Source of the DNA: Hyalangium minutum
GTDB lineage: Bacteria; Myxococcota; Myxococcia; Myxococcales; Myxococcaceae
Direction of reading: 5' to 3'
DNA: 248,000 nt
NCBI RefSeq assembly: GCF_000737315.1
Contig: NZ_JMCB01000006.1
Coordinates: forward strand, 20,001-268,000
Part shown: one piece after another, positions 65,169 to 75,654 of the stretch
Layout: every line of letters starts with the position of its first letter
Numbering within the stretch: the stretch's first letter is position 1
Translations under genes and position numbers: made by a program
Notes under the pieces: model-generated
What the model saw: only the letters and a program-made list of their open reading frames with translations
Databases searched by the model: none
What the model was told of the DNA's origin: nothing

Positions 65169-66285
65169 AGGGGGTCCGCTGGTGCCACGCGGCGAGCACC
65201 TCGCGCTCGCGCTCCGGCGGGAGGCCCGCCCGCATCGGCTTCTGCTGGCGCTCGGGCGGCTCGGAGCGGAACCAGGCCAGCGTGTCGCGCGCGGTGTCCA
65301 CGGGGGACCGGAACGTCGCCCCGAGCTTCAGCGCCCGGGCGTTGCTGACGCGGCCCACGCCCTTGTCCTCGCCCGAGCGCGGAATCCACACGGGCATCTG
65401 CGTCCAGGGGCTCACCTTCTGTTGCTCCACCAGCCACTCGGCGTCCACCCAGGTGAAGCGCGCGTCTCCGCCCGTGCCCGTCTTGCAGGCCTCCAGCAGC
65501 TCGCGCATGGTGAGCGTCTCCGCGGGGCCGGTGGCGTTGAAGGTGCCCACGTCCCGGCGCTCCACCACACCGAGGATGAAGGCGGCCAAGTCGCGCACAT
65601 CGATGAACTGCACCGGATCCGCGCCGTCTCCCGGAGCGAGCACCTCGCCGCCCCGGGCCACGCGCACGGGCCAATAGGTGAAGCGGTCCGTCTGGTCGCC
65701 GGGGCCGACGATGAGGCCTGGTCGGACGGTGGTGACGCGGCCGGGCATGGCGGCCTCGGCGGCCTTCTCGCTCAGGGCCTTGAGGGCGCCGTAGTGCTGG
65801 GAGACATCCTCCGTCTTCTCGTCCTCCACGGTGGCCACTGGCGAGTCCTCGTCGATGCCGTACTCGCTCATGTCCTTGTAGACGGAGATGGTGGACACGA
65901 AGATGTAGTGTCCCACGTTGGGGGCGAGCAGCTCGGCGCTGGCCTTCACGATGCGCGGCACATAGCCGGACGTATCAATGACGGCGTCCCACTGGCGGCC
66001 CTCGAGCGCCTTCAGGTCACCGTCGCGGTCACCGTGGAGCTTCTCCACGTCCGGGAAGAGCTCGGGGCGCGTCTTGCCCCGGTTGAACAGCGTCAGCGTG
66101 TGGCCACGAGGCCGGGCCAGCTCCACCAGCGCGGGCCCGAGAAACCCGGTGCCCCCGAGGATGAGAATCTTCTTCTTGGCCACCCCCCGGGGCACACCGC
66201 CCTCCTTCGAGGAAGCACACCCCATGGCCCCGAGCACCCCGAGCGCGGCCGCACCTTGCATCAACCCTCTGCGAGACACCGTCAT
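65167..66285 (-). CDS. Tat-exported NAD-dependent epimerase/dehydratase (SDR)
   Basis: SRRGLM Tat motif, GGTGFLG, YGALKA. Confidence 0.88.
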   Translation of the reverse strand: MTVSRRGLMQGAAALGVLGAMGCASSKEGGVPRGVAKKKILILGGTGFLGPALVELARPRGHTLTLFNRGKTRPELFPDVEKLHGDRDGDLKALEGRQWDAVIDTSGYVPRIVKASAELLAPNVGHYIFVSTISVYKDMSEYGIDEDSPVATVEDEKTEDVSQHYGALKALSEKAAEAAMPGRVTTVRPGLIVGPGDQTDRFTYWPVRVARGGEVLAPGDGADPVQFIDVRDLAAFILGVVERRDVGTFNATGPAETLTMRELLEACKTGTGGDARFTWVDAEWLVEQQKVSPWTQMPVWIPRSGEDKGVGRVSNARALKLGATFRSPVDTARDTLAWFRSEPPERQQKPMRAGLPPEREREVLAAWHQRTP

Positions 66286-66317
66286 CGCTGCGTTCCCTCC
66301 CTGTGAAGATGAAGCCC

Positions 66318-67634
66318 TCAGCGAGCCGGGGCGTCGCCCGGAGCGGAGGCCAGCGCGGGCACCTCCTGGGCGCGCGTGCGAATCCGGGCGTGGCGGGACA
66401 GGTAGAGGGAGACGGCCAGCCACAGGCCGGCCACGGGCGCGGTGGCCAGCAGCACGCCGGCCACGCCGAACCCCAGCACCTTGAGCCCATCCTCCGTCCA
66501 GGCCGCCAGCGCATCTCCCCCCCGGTACACCATGGTGTCGATGAAGCTCTTGGCCTTGTACCGCTCCTCGCGGCTCACCGTGGTGTAGAGCAGCTCTCGC
66601 GAGGGCCGCTCCAGCGCGTAGTGCGTGGCCCCGCGCAGCGAGCGCACGCCGATGAGCAGCCACACCGAGGGCATCGCCGCCAGCCCCAGGAATCCCACCG
66701 CGGTGAGCACTGGGGTGACGGCCAACGCCACCCCCAGCCCCAACCGCTCCAGCAAGCGCGCGGTGACGAGCGACTGCAGCACCAGCGTGAGGACCTGGAC
66801 CCACAGCTCGATGTTGGCGAACTTCGCGACGCGCTCGGCCTCATCCAGCGTCTTCGCGTCCACCAGGTTCACCTGGAGCAGGTACAAGAAGGTGCTGGTG
66901 ACGCTGTAGAAGACCACCTGCAGGCCCAGCGCGAGCAGAAAAGGCGAGGTGGCCAGCAGCTTCAGCCCCGCGAGGATGCCACCGCCCACTGGGCCCTCCA
67001 CCGAGGGAGGCGGGTGCTGCACGTCATGCGCCCAGCGCGCCAGCTGCTGCACACAGCGCGCGCTGCACTCCAGCAGCACGGCGGTGATGAAGATGAGGTG
67101 GATGTGCCCCAGCGGAACGGAGAGGTTGCGCGCCAGCAACAGTCCGGCAATCACGCCCGCCGTGCCTCCGCCCGCGATGAGGCCATAGAGGCGCTTGCCC
67201 TGCTCGCTGGCGAACAGGTCCGCCATGAAGCTCCAGAACACGGAGACGACGAACAGGTTGTAGACGCTGAGCCAGACGTAGAACACCCGGGCCACGGCCT
67301 GGGGCTCCACCTCCAGCTTGAACAGCACGAAGAAGCCCAGGAGGTTGAGCAGGAAGAAGCGGTAGATGAAGGGAATGACGCGCTTGCGAGGCCAGCGCGC
67401 CACCAGCGCCGAGTACGCCGGCACCGCCACCATCATCACCGCGAAGGTGGCGGTAAACATCCACTGCCACTTCAGGCCCTTCACCCCGCCGGCGGTCCCC
67501 ATCGCGTCGCGCAGCGGCTTGAGGACGAAGTAGCCGCACATCAACGTGAAGAAGTAGAGGAAGGACCAGAGCAGGGCCCCCACCTCTTCCTCTCGCACGT
67601 CCACGAATCGCTTGAGCCAGGGTGAAGGTCGCAC
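66318..67634 (-). CDS. TLC-family (NTT-like) MFS nucleotide transporter
   Basis: YFVLKPLRDA, VSVFWSFMADLF, RYKAKSFIDTMVYRGGD. Confidence 0.85.
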   Translation of the reverse strand: MRPSPWLKRFVDVREEEVGALLWSFLYFFTLMCGYFVLKPLRDAMGTAGGVKGLKWQWMFTATFAVMMVAVPAYSALVARWPRKRVIPFIYRFFLLNLLGFFVLFKLEVEPQAVARVFYVWLSVYNLFVVSVFWSFMADLFASEQGKRLYGLIAGGGTAGVIAGLLLARNLSVPLGHIHLIFITAVLLECSARCVQQLARWAHDVQHPPPSVEGPVGGGILAGLKLLATSPFLLALGLQVVFYSVTSTFLYLLQVNLVDAKTLDEAERVAKFANIELWVQVLTLVLQSLVTARLLERLGLGVALAVTPVLTAVGFLGLAAMPSVWLLIGVRSLRGATHYALERPSRELLYTTVSREERYKAKSFIDTMVYRGGDALAAWTEDGLKVLGFGVAGVLLATAPVAGLWLAVSLYLSRHARIRTRAQEVPALASAPGDAPAR

Positions 67635-67690
67635 GCGCGCCTCCCCAACGTCCCCCCAGAACCGCTATTCCCGAGTTCGAGGTGAGTCGC

Positions 67691-68986
67691 TCAGGCCCCA
67701 CCCTGCACGGACCGGAGCACCGCCTCCACCCGGGGCAGCGCCTCCTGGATTTCCTCCAGGGAGACGGCGCCCACCGAGAGCCGGAACCAGCCCGTGTCAT
67801 CCTTCAGCCCGAAGGCCTGGAAGGGCACCACCGCGAAGCTGGCCTTCTCCAAGAGCCGCTTGCGAATCTCATCGTTGGTCTTCAGCCCCGCCTTCCCCAC
67901 CAGGTCAAACTGCACCGAGAGGTAGATGGCGCCCTGCGGAGAAATCGCGCGCACCGGCAGCCCCGCCGCGCGCATCTTCTCGAAGCCCTGGTAGAGCGCC
68001 TCCAGCCGCTCCTCCACCCGGTGCTTCATCGTCTTCATGAAGCGGGCGGTGCCCTCCACGTCCTCCAGCGCGCGCGCCACGGCGATCTGCTCGGCCTTGG
68101 GCGCCCACGCGCCCACGTGGCCGATGACGTCCCGCATGCGAGAGATGATGGCCGGCGGGCCCACGCCCCAGCCCACGCGCACCCCCGTGGCCGCGAAGGA
68201 CTTGGAGATGCCATCCACGAACACCGTGTAGTGCGCCATCTCCGGCACCAGCTCCACCGGCGTCACGTGCTTGGACTGGCCCGCGCTCAGCGTCCAATAA
68301 ATCTGGTCGTACATCAGGATGAGCGGCGCCTGCCCGCGCGCCTTGCGGCCCTGGTTCTCCGCGACGATGCGCTCGCAGATGGCCTTGAGCGCCTCGGGGC
68401 TGATCATCGTCCCGGTAGGGTTGAGCGGGCTGCAGAGGCATAGCAGCCGGGCGCTCGGAAACAGCGGGGCAAGTTGCTCCACCGTGGGCATGAAGCCCTG
68501 GTCCGCCAACGTCACCACTTCCGTGCTCTTGGCCCCCATCATGTGGGCGTAGTGGTTGTTGTTCCACGAAGGCACCGGGTAGATGACGGTGTCACCCTCG
68601 TTCAGCACCGTGCGGTAGGTGCCATAGATGATGGGCCGCGCGCCGCCGGCGATGACGATGCCCTCCAGCGGGTACTTCAGGCCCAGGGAGCGCTCGTAGA
68701 AGCGCTGCACGCTCTGGCGCAAGTCCAGCACGCCGTCCGAGGGCGGATAGTTCGTCTCGCCCGCCTGCAGCGCCCGGGCGATGCCCTCGCCGAGCGCGGT
68801 GGGGATGGGGAACTCGCGAGGGCTGAAGTCGCCCACGGTGAGGTTGCACACCTTGCGGCCCTGCGCGGTCAGCTCGCGGATCTCCGCGGCAATGCGGAGG
68901 ATCTCGCTGCCGACGAGGCCACGCGCCATCGTGCCAACGAAGGTGTCGTCCCGCTTGGGAAGAAGGGTCGTGAGATCAATTGCCAT
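67691..68986 (-). CDS. PLP-dependent aminotransferase class I/II
   Basis: NPTG, YDQIY, GISKSFAATGVRVG. Confidence 0.92.
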   Translation of the reverse strand: MAIDLTTLLPKRDDTFVGTMARGLVGSEILRIAAEIRELTAQGRKVCNLTVGDFSPREFPIPTALGEGIARALQAGETNYPPSDGVLDLRQSVQRFYERSLGLKYPLEGIVIAGGARPIIYGTYRTVLNEGDTVIYPVPSWNNNHYAHMMGAKSTEVVTLADQGFMPTVEQLAPLFPSARLLCLCSPLNPTGTMISPEALKAICERIVAENQGRKARGQAPLILMYDQIYWTLSAGQSKHVTPVELVPEMAHYTVFVDGISKSFAATGVRVGWGVGPPAIISRMRDVIGHVGAWAPKAEQIAVARALEDVEGTARFMKTMKHRVEERLEALYQGFEKMRAAGLPVRAISPQGAIYLSVQFDLVGKAGLKTNDEIRKRLLEKASFAVVPFQAFGLKDDTGWFRLSVGAVSLEEIQEALPRVEAVLRSVQGGA

Positions 68987-69097
68987 GAGGTCGCTCCAGT
69001 GGGCGCCCGGGAAGGGCGCACAGCCACGGGCCGGCGGACCATACACGCCACGCGGCGTCCATGGATCGCCCATCCCCTCACGGCGGCGCTGATCTAT

Positions 69098-69661
69098 TTA
69101 TATGGAGTAGAACCCGGTGCCATCCGCACGGGCGGTGACGCGCTGCGGCTCGACAGGGAGGGGCACCGGCGTCGGGAAGGAGCGGGGCGCTGTCATGCCC
69201 AGGGCGTTCCACGTCTTGGGGCCTACCACGCCGTCGGCCTCCAGGCCCTTGGCGCGCTGGAAGGCCATCACCGTGCGCTCCGTCTTGGGGCCGAACTGGC
69301 CGTCCTTGCTGCCCGGGTCGAAGCCGTGCGTGGCCAGCATCTTCTGGAGCACCAGCACGGAGGGATCACACACCCCGCGCTTGAGGATGGGCCGCAGCCC
69401 CGTGCCCCGGCGCGTGTCCAGCGCCGCCCACGTTCGCGAGTTCGCGATGCCGTCCACCTCGAGGCCCCGCGCACGCTGGAAGGCCATCACCGCGCACTTG
69501 GTGCTGGAACCGAAGGCGCCATCCACTTCGCCCGTGAAGACGCCCGCCGCCTGGAGCTGCCGCTGGAGGTACTCGACCTCAGGGCCGCACATCCCCTGCC
69601 GGAGCACGGGGAAGGACTCTTCTGCGTTGGACGACCAGGGGGGCAGCATGGAGGGCATCAA
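69098..69661 (-). CDS. Peptidoglycan-binding domain protein (two PG_binding_1)
   Basis: Two DG.FG..T..AV.AFQR..GL..DG repeats. Confidence 0.88.
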   Translation of the reverse strand: MMPSMLPPWSSNAEESFPVLRQGMCGPEVEYLQRQLQAAGVFTGEVDGAFGSSTKCAVMAFQRARGLEVDGIANSRTWAALDTRRGTGLRPILKRGVCDPSVLVLQKMLATHGFDPGSKDGQFGPKTERTVMAFQRAKGLEADGVVGPKTWNALGMTAPRSFPTPVPLPVEPQRVTARADGTGFYSI

Positions 69662-69911
69662 AAAACTCCAGGCACTGGATTCAACAGCAGGGGGGCGCCT
69701 TATCGAGGATCCACGCGCGAGATGCCAGCCCCCCTAGGGGCGAAAGTGCGCACTTTGTACCCCAAAGCACACCTTTTGTCAGGAACTATCTCGACGTGTC
69801 GCATCGGGCCGCCAGGAATTCCCGAAAGGTCCTTCTGCGCTGGAACGAAGCGCGGCTCTCATGCGAGAGGAGAGCGCCCGCGGCGCGGCCCGGGCTCCCA
69901 GGAGGGGACCG

Positions 69912-70628
69912 ATGATGCAGACCCTGCGGTTGAATCGGTGGATGAAGTCCCTGTGGCTCGTGGGCTGTCTGAGCGTGGTGGGGTGCACGAAGAAGGACGA
70001 GCCCGCGGCGACTCCGCCCGAACCCGTGGTGCAGGCCCCGTCCGCGCCCACCGAGGCCCCGCCTCCTCCGCCCTCGCAGCCGGCTCCCTCCGTGCCCGCG
70101 GATGCTGCTGCTCCTCCGGCTCAGGACTCGGCACAGCCTCCGGCCCCGGCCCCGGCCCCAGCGCAGGGCGCGGGCGTGCCCGAGGATCCGAAGAACCGCG
70201 AGTGGACCGCGGGGGCGGTGAAGTTGAAGCGGCCGGAGGTGCAGATGGTGACGCTGCGCTCGGTGCGCGCGGCACGCAACGAGGGCTTCGACCGCGTGGT
70301 GTTCGAGTTCGATGGGGCGCAGGTGCCCGGCTACCAGCTGGAGTACGTGAACAAGCCCATCGTGAAGTGCGGCTCGGGGAACGAGACGGAGGTCGCGGGC
70401 CAGGGCTGGCTCCAGGTGACGCTCACGCCCGCGCAGGCCCACGAGGGCGGCACGGCCACCATCAACGAGCGCGAGCGCAAGTCCGCCCTGCCCGTCATCC
70501 AGGAGCTGGAGATGACGTGTGACTTCGAGGGCGAGGTGACGTGGGTGCTCGGCAACGCGCACCCCAACAAGTACCGCGTCATGGAGCTGCGCGACCCCAC
70601 CCGCCTCGTGGTGGACGTGCAGCACTGA
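69912..70628 (+). CDS. AMIN-like domain lipoprotein
   Basis: Lipobox VVGC, FDRVVFEF, DFEGEVTW, RLVVDV. Confidence 0.75.
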   Translation: MMQTLRLNRWMKSLWLVGCLSVVGCTKKDEPAATPPEPVVQAPSAPTEAPPPPPSQPAPSVPADAAAPPAQDSAQPPAPAPAPAQGAGVPEDPKNREWTAGAVKLKRPEVQMVTLRSVRAARNEGFDRVVFEFDGAQVPGYQLEYVNKPIVKCGSGNETEVAGQGWLQVTLTPAQAHEGGTATINERERKSALPVIQELEMTCDFEGEVTWVLGNAHPNKYRVMELRDPTRLVVDVQH

Positions 70629-70637
70629 GGGCCCGGC

Positions 70638-72602
70638 TCATGGCCGGCGCAGGCCACCCGCCACACGCTCCAGCTCGGAGATGAGCTCGCGGTGGCGGGT
70701 GCGCACGGGTTCTCCCTGGGCGCGCAGGGCCAGGGCCAGCGCGAGCGGGAGGTTGAGCGCGGCGTCGCGCGACAGCTTCTCGCGGTAGGCCAGCGGGTAG
70801 TCCGCGGGGGCGCGCAGGGTCCAGTTCTCCTCGTTGACGGTGCCGGGCGCGTTGTAGACGTCGAACAGCCCGAACAGGTCCGAGAAGAAGATCATCACGT
70901 TGCGCGCCCGCGAGGCGAAGAGGTCCGCGAACTTCGCCTGCACGAGCAGCCCTGGTTCCTCCGCGAGCCTCCGCGCGAAGTCCTCCCGGCCCTCGGGCTC
71001 CGGATGCAGGCGCCACGCGAGGTAGTCCGCCTGGGCGCGGTCCGTTCCCTTCTCGCGCCACTGGGTGGCCACGCGCCACAAGGGCGGAGTGTCGTGGGTG
71101 CCCACCATCACCCAGTCCTCCGGGGCCGCGTTCTCGCTCCGGTAGACATCCGCCGGATCCGTCAGGTTGGCCTTCTGGGTGACGCGGAAGCGTCCCAGCC
71201 CGTACTGCGCCAGCACGCGCTGCAGCGGGTAGGGCTGCGTGCTGAGCACCTCGGCCAGCAAGTCGGACAGCTCGCGGCCGTGTCGGCGTGACGAGGTGAC
71301 GATGGTGTCAAAGAGGATGCTGTACTGGCGCACCTGCTCCGGCGTGAGCGAGCGCACCCACCCATCCGCGTACCGGGGCACCGAGCGGTCGAGCTGCTCC
71401 GGCGTGGGGATGGCGTAGCGGGCCAGCTCCGGATGGTCTGGCAAGTCCGGCGAGTCAAAGAGCCGCGCACCCGTCTGCACGGCGCGCAGCGGGTCGGGCG
71501 CTCCGGAGCGGTAGACCCACGGGCACACGAACCCGTGCGGGTGATCGATGCGCAGCCCGTCGTACTCCCCGAGCATCTTGTCCATGCGCGCGTCCATGAA
71601 GCGCAGCACGGGGCCGGGCTTGCGGGCGGCGGAGAGGCCCTCGCGGGGCTCGAAGAAGCGGGTAGGGTCCAGCACCGGGTAGTTCCACGGCTGGCCCTCG
71701 GGGTTGGTGCGGCTGGGCGGCGCTCCCATCAGGTACGTGCGCAGGAAGAGGCCCTGCCAGGACCAGGCATCCTCCAGCGAGAAGCCAATCTGGAGATCTC
71801 CGTAGAGCTTGAGCCCCCAAGCTGAGGCCCGCGCCCGCAGCTCCTGATGTGCGGAGTGCACCAGGAACTGGTGGAAGGCATAGCGTTCGACGAACTCCGC
71901 ATGCCGGGCGAGCACCTCTCTGCAGCGCGCCTCGCACGCCCCTTCTTCACCGGGCAGTGGAGCGAGCAGCCGCGCATCGAGCGCTGAGGCGCCCTGCCCT
72001 GACCATCGGCGCCAGTCCCGCTGCCCGTGCTCGACGCAGAGGGCCTCGAAGAGCGCATCGCGCAGCAGCCAGTCGGCGTGCTCCTTCTTGAAGGTGTCGA
72101 AGCGCTGCGCCAGGTCGCGCAGCAGGGGCCGTGCGTCAGCGCGGGTGCGCTCACCTTGGAAGCGGCTCCAGGCTTCGTCGAGCGCGACGCGCTGGGCGCG
72201 GAAGGCATAGCGGTAGCGCTCTCCGGGTCCTGTGCCCAGCGGCCGAGAGTCCACGATGGAGGCCAACCGCTCCGCGCTCAGCAGCGCGCCGCCCTCCTCA
72301 CTCACGAGCCATGCGAGCGGGACATTGAGGACATTGCGCGAGAAGAGCGTCGAGTCGTAGGGCGAGGCATTGGACTCGGAGGTCTGCCCCTGGGGCCCGA
72401 GCTGGATGCCGGTGAAGCCCAGCTCGCGGATGAACTCCAGGAAGCGCGCGGCGCCTCGGGTGTACGGCGAGCCTCGGCCCGTGTCCTCGATGGGCTCACT
72501 GGGGAAGCTCGGATCGTGGATGCCGAGCACCAGGTTGCGCACATCCAGCGCCACCAACGCCTCAGCGACGAGTCTCCGGTGCTCCTCGGGGATCAGTCCC
72601 AT
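70638..72602 (-). CDS. malQ: 4-alpha-glucanotransferase (GH77)
   Basis: SPYDS, LYGDLQIG, LRIDHPHG, GTHDT. Confidence 0.85.
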   Translation of the reverse strand: MGLIPEEHRRLVAEALVALDVRNLVLGIHDPSFPSEPIEDTGRGSPYTRGAARFLEFIRELGFTGIQLGPQGQTSESNASPYDSTLFSRNVLNVPLAWLVSEEGGALLSAERLASIVDSRPLGTGPGERYRYAFRAQRVALDEAWSRFQGERTRADARPLLRDLAQRFDTFKKEHADWLLRDALFEALCVEHGQRDWRRWSGQGASALDARLLAPLPGEEGACEARCREVLARHAEFVERYAFHQFLVHSAHQELRARASAWGLKLYGDLQIGFSLEDAWSWQGLFLRTYLMGAPPSRTNPEGQPWNYPVLDPTRFFEPREGLSAARKPGPVLRFMDARMDKMLGEYDGLRIDHPHGFVCPWVYRSGAPDPLRAVQTGARLFDSPDLPDHPELARYAIPTPEQLDRSVPRYADGWVRSLTPEQVRQYSILFDTIVTSSRRHGRELSDLLAEVLSTQPYPLQRVLAQYGLGRFRVTQKANLTDPADVYRSENAAPEDWVMVGTHDTPPLWRVATQWREKGTDRAQADYLAWRLHPEPEGREDFARRLAEEPGLLVQAKFADLFASRARNVMIFFSDLFGLFDVYNAPGTVNEENWTLRAPADYPLAYREKLSRDAALNLPLALALALRAQGEPVRTRHRELISELERVAGGLRRP

Positions 72603-72754
72603 TCCGCATCTGGATTCTCACAGAACCCTGCCCCCCGTCACCCCCCTTGTCAGGATGGCACACGCACTCCGAAGAGCCTTCGGTCTCGTGTCCTGAAGCC
72701 ATGGAACCTGACCTCCGGTTTGATGTCTGATGCGCCGACGCCGCATCCGCCGGA

Positions 72755-75631
72755 GTGGGCATGAACCGAAAGTGGGTCGTCGCGCTGGGAGTCGTAGGGC
72801 TCGTGCTCGCTGTCGCCTGGGTCTGGCGCAGCAAGTTGGACGCTCAGGATGCGTCTCCGCCTCGGGAAGCTACCGCCCCACGGCAAGACACCGCGTCCGC
72901 TACAGGGGGCACGAAGCGGCCCGCCACCGGAGACACGGCTCAAGTGGGGGCGCAGGGCTCCGGCCCGAGTGCTGCTTCGGAAGGAGCGACGCCCCCCGTC
73001 GATGAGCCCATGCGTGCGGAGGAAGGCTCCCTGCGCGTCGAGGTCGCCGCCCCCACAGGGCCACAGCCCGGAGCCCGCGTGGCGCTCTATCTCCGAGGCC
73101 CGTACGAGCCCGCCACCGGCCAGCCCTCGTGGCGGCTGGCGGGGAGCGGCCGGACCGACGAACAGGGCGTGGTGGTGCTCCCCGCGCGTCCGGGGCGCTA
73201 CCTCGTCTCTGCCCGAGCCGAAGGCCTTGCCACCGCGAGAGCGGACGTCACCCGGCCTCGCGGAGAGGCCACCACCTCCGTCCGGCTCCTGCTCACCGCG
73301 GGCGCCACCTTGGAGGGCAGCACCGTGGAGAGAACCTCCGGCAGCCCGGTGCCGCTCGCGGAGCTCACGCTCGTTCCTCGCGCCTCGTCCCTCGAAGGCC
73401 GCGCCTCGGCTCCCGAGGAGGAGCGTCACCTTGCCTCCAGCGACGCGCGCGGAAACTTCCGCATCGTGGGACTCGAACCCGGCGAGTACCAGCTGGAGGC
73501 CCGCGCCCCGGGTCACGCGACCAAGCGGCTGTCGCGGGTGCACGTTCCCTCCTCGGGTGTCTCGGTTGAGTTGGAGGCCTCTGCCTTCATCGAAGGCTTC
73601 GTCGAGCTGCCCGATGGCAAGCCTGCCGCACACGCCCGTGTGAGCGCCTTTGGTGCGGACGAGGCCGCCTCGACCGAGACGGGCTCGGGGGGTGGGTTCT
73701 CGCTCGACGTGCCACCCGGGAGCTATCAGGTCACCGCCCGGCAGGGAGACAAGACGGGCTCGGCCCACTCCCGGGTCGTGGTCGGCGCGGGGATGACCCT
73801 CAAGGACGTGCGCATCCGGCTCGGGTCCGCCACGGCCATCGCGGGCGTGGTGCGCCAGAAGGACTCGGGTGCGCCCATCGCCGACGCGGCGATCTCCGTC
73901 ATCCCAAGCGGAGACCGGGGAGACCTCGCTCGCGCCACCGCCGACGCCGGAGGACAGTTCGAGGTGGGAGGGCTCGCTCCGGGTGCCTATGACGTCTCGG
74001 TGCAGGCTCCGGGCTTCAAGACGCTGCGCCGCACCGGTGTCACGGTGCTGGAAGACCAGCGCTTCGAGCTGATCGCCGAGCTGATCGCCAACGGCCGCAT
74101 CGTGGGCACGGTGGTGGACAGCGCGAAGAAGCCCCTCGCGGGCGTGCAAATCATCCCCCAGCGGCGGTGGAGCGCGATGGAGGGCGTGACCGCCACCGTG
74201 ACGGATGCGACAGGCAGCTTCGCTCTCGAGGATCTCCCGCCCGGAGACGTCTACGTCGCGGCGCGCCGCCCTGACAGTGACGAGCACACCCGCGTTCCCG
74301 CCAAGGTCGAGGCCGGGAAGACCACCCAGGTCCAGCTCCAGCTCTCCGACGAGGGTGTGCTGGAAGGGACCGTCCGCCTCGCGGATGGCCGCGTCCCGAC
74401 GAAGCCAGTCTCGGTCTACGCCCACCGGGTCGGAGCCCCCGCCTTCGAGGGCACGGAGGTACCCGCCACCGCAGCGGGCACGTTCTCGCTGCGCCTCGGA
74501 GCAGGCAAGTATCAGCTCAGCGCGTGGCTGGCGGACTCGCGCTGGGTGAACGAGCAGGAGAAGGCCGTCACCGTCAAGGCGGGCCAGACCCAGCGCGTCG
74601 AACTCGAGGTGCGCGAGGGCAAGAAGCCCGTTCAGATCACCGTGCTCGAGCCCAACGGAGCGCCCAGCGTCCGGGCCACGGTCATGGGCAGCGAGGCGGG
74701 CAAGTCGAACATCATTCTCGAGGACCTGACAGACGAGGCTGGACGCACGCTCTTCATGGCGGACTCGATGGGCTCGGATGCGCTGCACCTCTGGGCGACG
74801 AACGGCGGGCGCAGTGGAGATCTGCCCCGAGTCGCCGTGGCGAGCGGCAGCGCGACGATCCAGCTCATTCCGGGTGGGCGGCTGAGCGGCTCGGTGCGGT
74901 CGGCGGGAGGACGGCCCGTCACAGGGTTCGAGCTCGTCATCTCGCCCATCCGCACCGGCGAGGACTACTTCATGCAGCAGCGCTTCGAGTTCACCGGGGA
75001 CACGTTCGTGGTGGAAGACCTGACGCCAGGCCGGACCGCCATCACGGCCACGCTGCCGGACGGCCGCGCGGGAAAGGTGGAGACCCCCCTCACCTCCGGA
75101 GGGACAGTCCAGGCCGACATCGTCGTGGACGCGGGCGGAAGCATCACCGGCCGCTTGATCGACGCGAAGACGGGAGAGCCGATCGCGCAGGCTTTTGTCG
75201 AAGTCGATGGGCTCGTCTCGCCCAACACCGGTCCGGATGGACGGTTCAAGGTGAATGACCTCGCGCCAGGGCCGCACCGCATCACCGCATGGGAGCGGCA
75301 GCACGACATCGTGGACAAGCAGGTGACGCTCGGCGCCGGGAAGACGGTGGACCTGGGTGACTGGCGCATGGGCCCACCGCGCGTGGAACCCGGGCGACTG
75401 GGGCTCACGTTCGGCATGAACGGCGATGACGTCGTCATCAGCTGGATCACCGTGGGTGCGGAGACCGGTGAGCTCCAGGTGGGTGACACGGTGACGGCCA
75501 TTGATGGGGCCACGGTGCTCACCTCGGGCGAGGCCCGGCAGCGTGAGCTGGGGGCTCCCGGCAGTCCGGTGACGCTGTCGATCCGCCGGGATGGCCAGTC
75601 CCGGACGCTCACCCTCACGCGTGCCCGCTGA
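72755..75631 (+). CDS. Carboxypeptidase-regulatory-like repeat protein with C-terminal PDZ
   Basis: Repeated I.G.V.D..G.P beta-sandwich units, LQVGDTVTAIDG PDZ. Confidence 0.8.
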   Translation: MGMNRKWVVALGVVGLVLAVAWVWRSKLDAQDASPPREATAPRQDTASATGGTKRPATGDTAQVGAQGSGPSAASEGATPPVDEPMRAEEGSLRVEVAAPTGPQPGARVALYLRGPYEPATGQPSWRLAGSGRTDEQGVVVLPARPGRYLVSARAEGLATARADVTRPRGEATTSVRLLLTAGATLEGSTVERTSGSPVPLAELTLVPRASSLEGRASAPEEERHLASSDARGNFRIVGLEPGEYQLEARAPGHATKRLSRVHVPSSGVSVELEASAFIEGFVELPDGKPAAHARVSAFGADEAASTETGSGGGFSLDVPPGSYQVTARQGDKTGSAHSRVVVGAGMTLKDVRIRLGSATAIAGVVRQKDSGAPIADAAISVIPSGDRGDLARATADAGGQFEVGGLAPGAYDVSVQAPGFKTLRRTGVTVLEDQRFELIAELIANGRIVGTVVDSAKKPLAGVQIIPQRRWSAMEGVTATVTDATGSFALEDLPPGDVYVAARRPDSDEHTRVPAKVEAGKTTQVQLQLSDEGVLEGTVRLADGRVPTKPVSVYAHRVGAPAFEGTEVPATAAGTFSLRLGAGKYQLSAWLADSRWVNEQEKAVTVKAGQTQRVELEVREGKKPVQITVLEPNGAPSVRATVMGSEAGKSNIILEDLTDEAGRTLFMADSMGSDALHLWATNGGRSGDLPRVAVASGSATIQLIPGGRLSGSVRSAGGRPVTGFELVISPIRTGEDYFMQQRFEFTGDTFVVEDLTPGRTAITATLPDGRAGKVETPLTSGGTVQADIVVDAGGSITGRLIDAKTGEPIAQAFVEVDGLVSPNTGPDGRFKVNDLAPGPHRITAWERQHDIVDKQVTLGAGKTVDLGDWRMGPPRVEPGRLGLTFGMNGDDVVISWITVGAETGELQVGDTVTAIDGATVLTSGEARQRELGAPGSPVTLSIRRDGQSRTLTLTRAR

Positions 75632-75654
75632 CAGCCGGACAGAGGCGGACCCGC

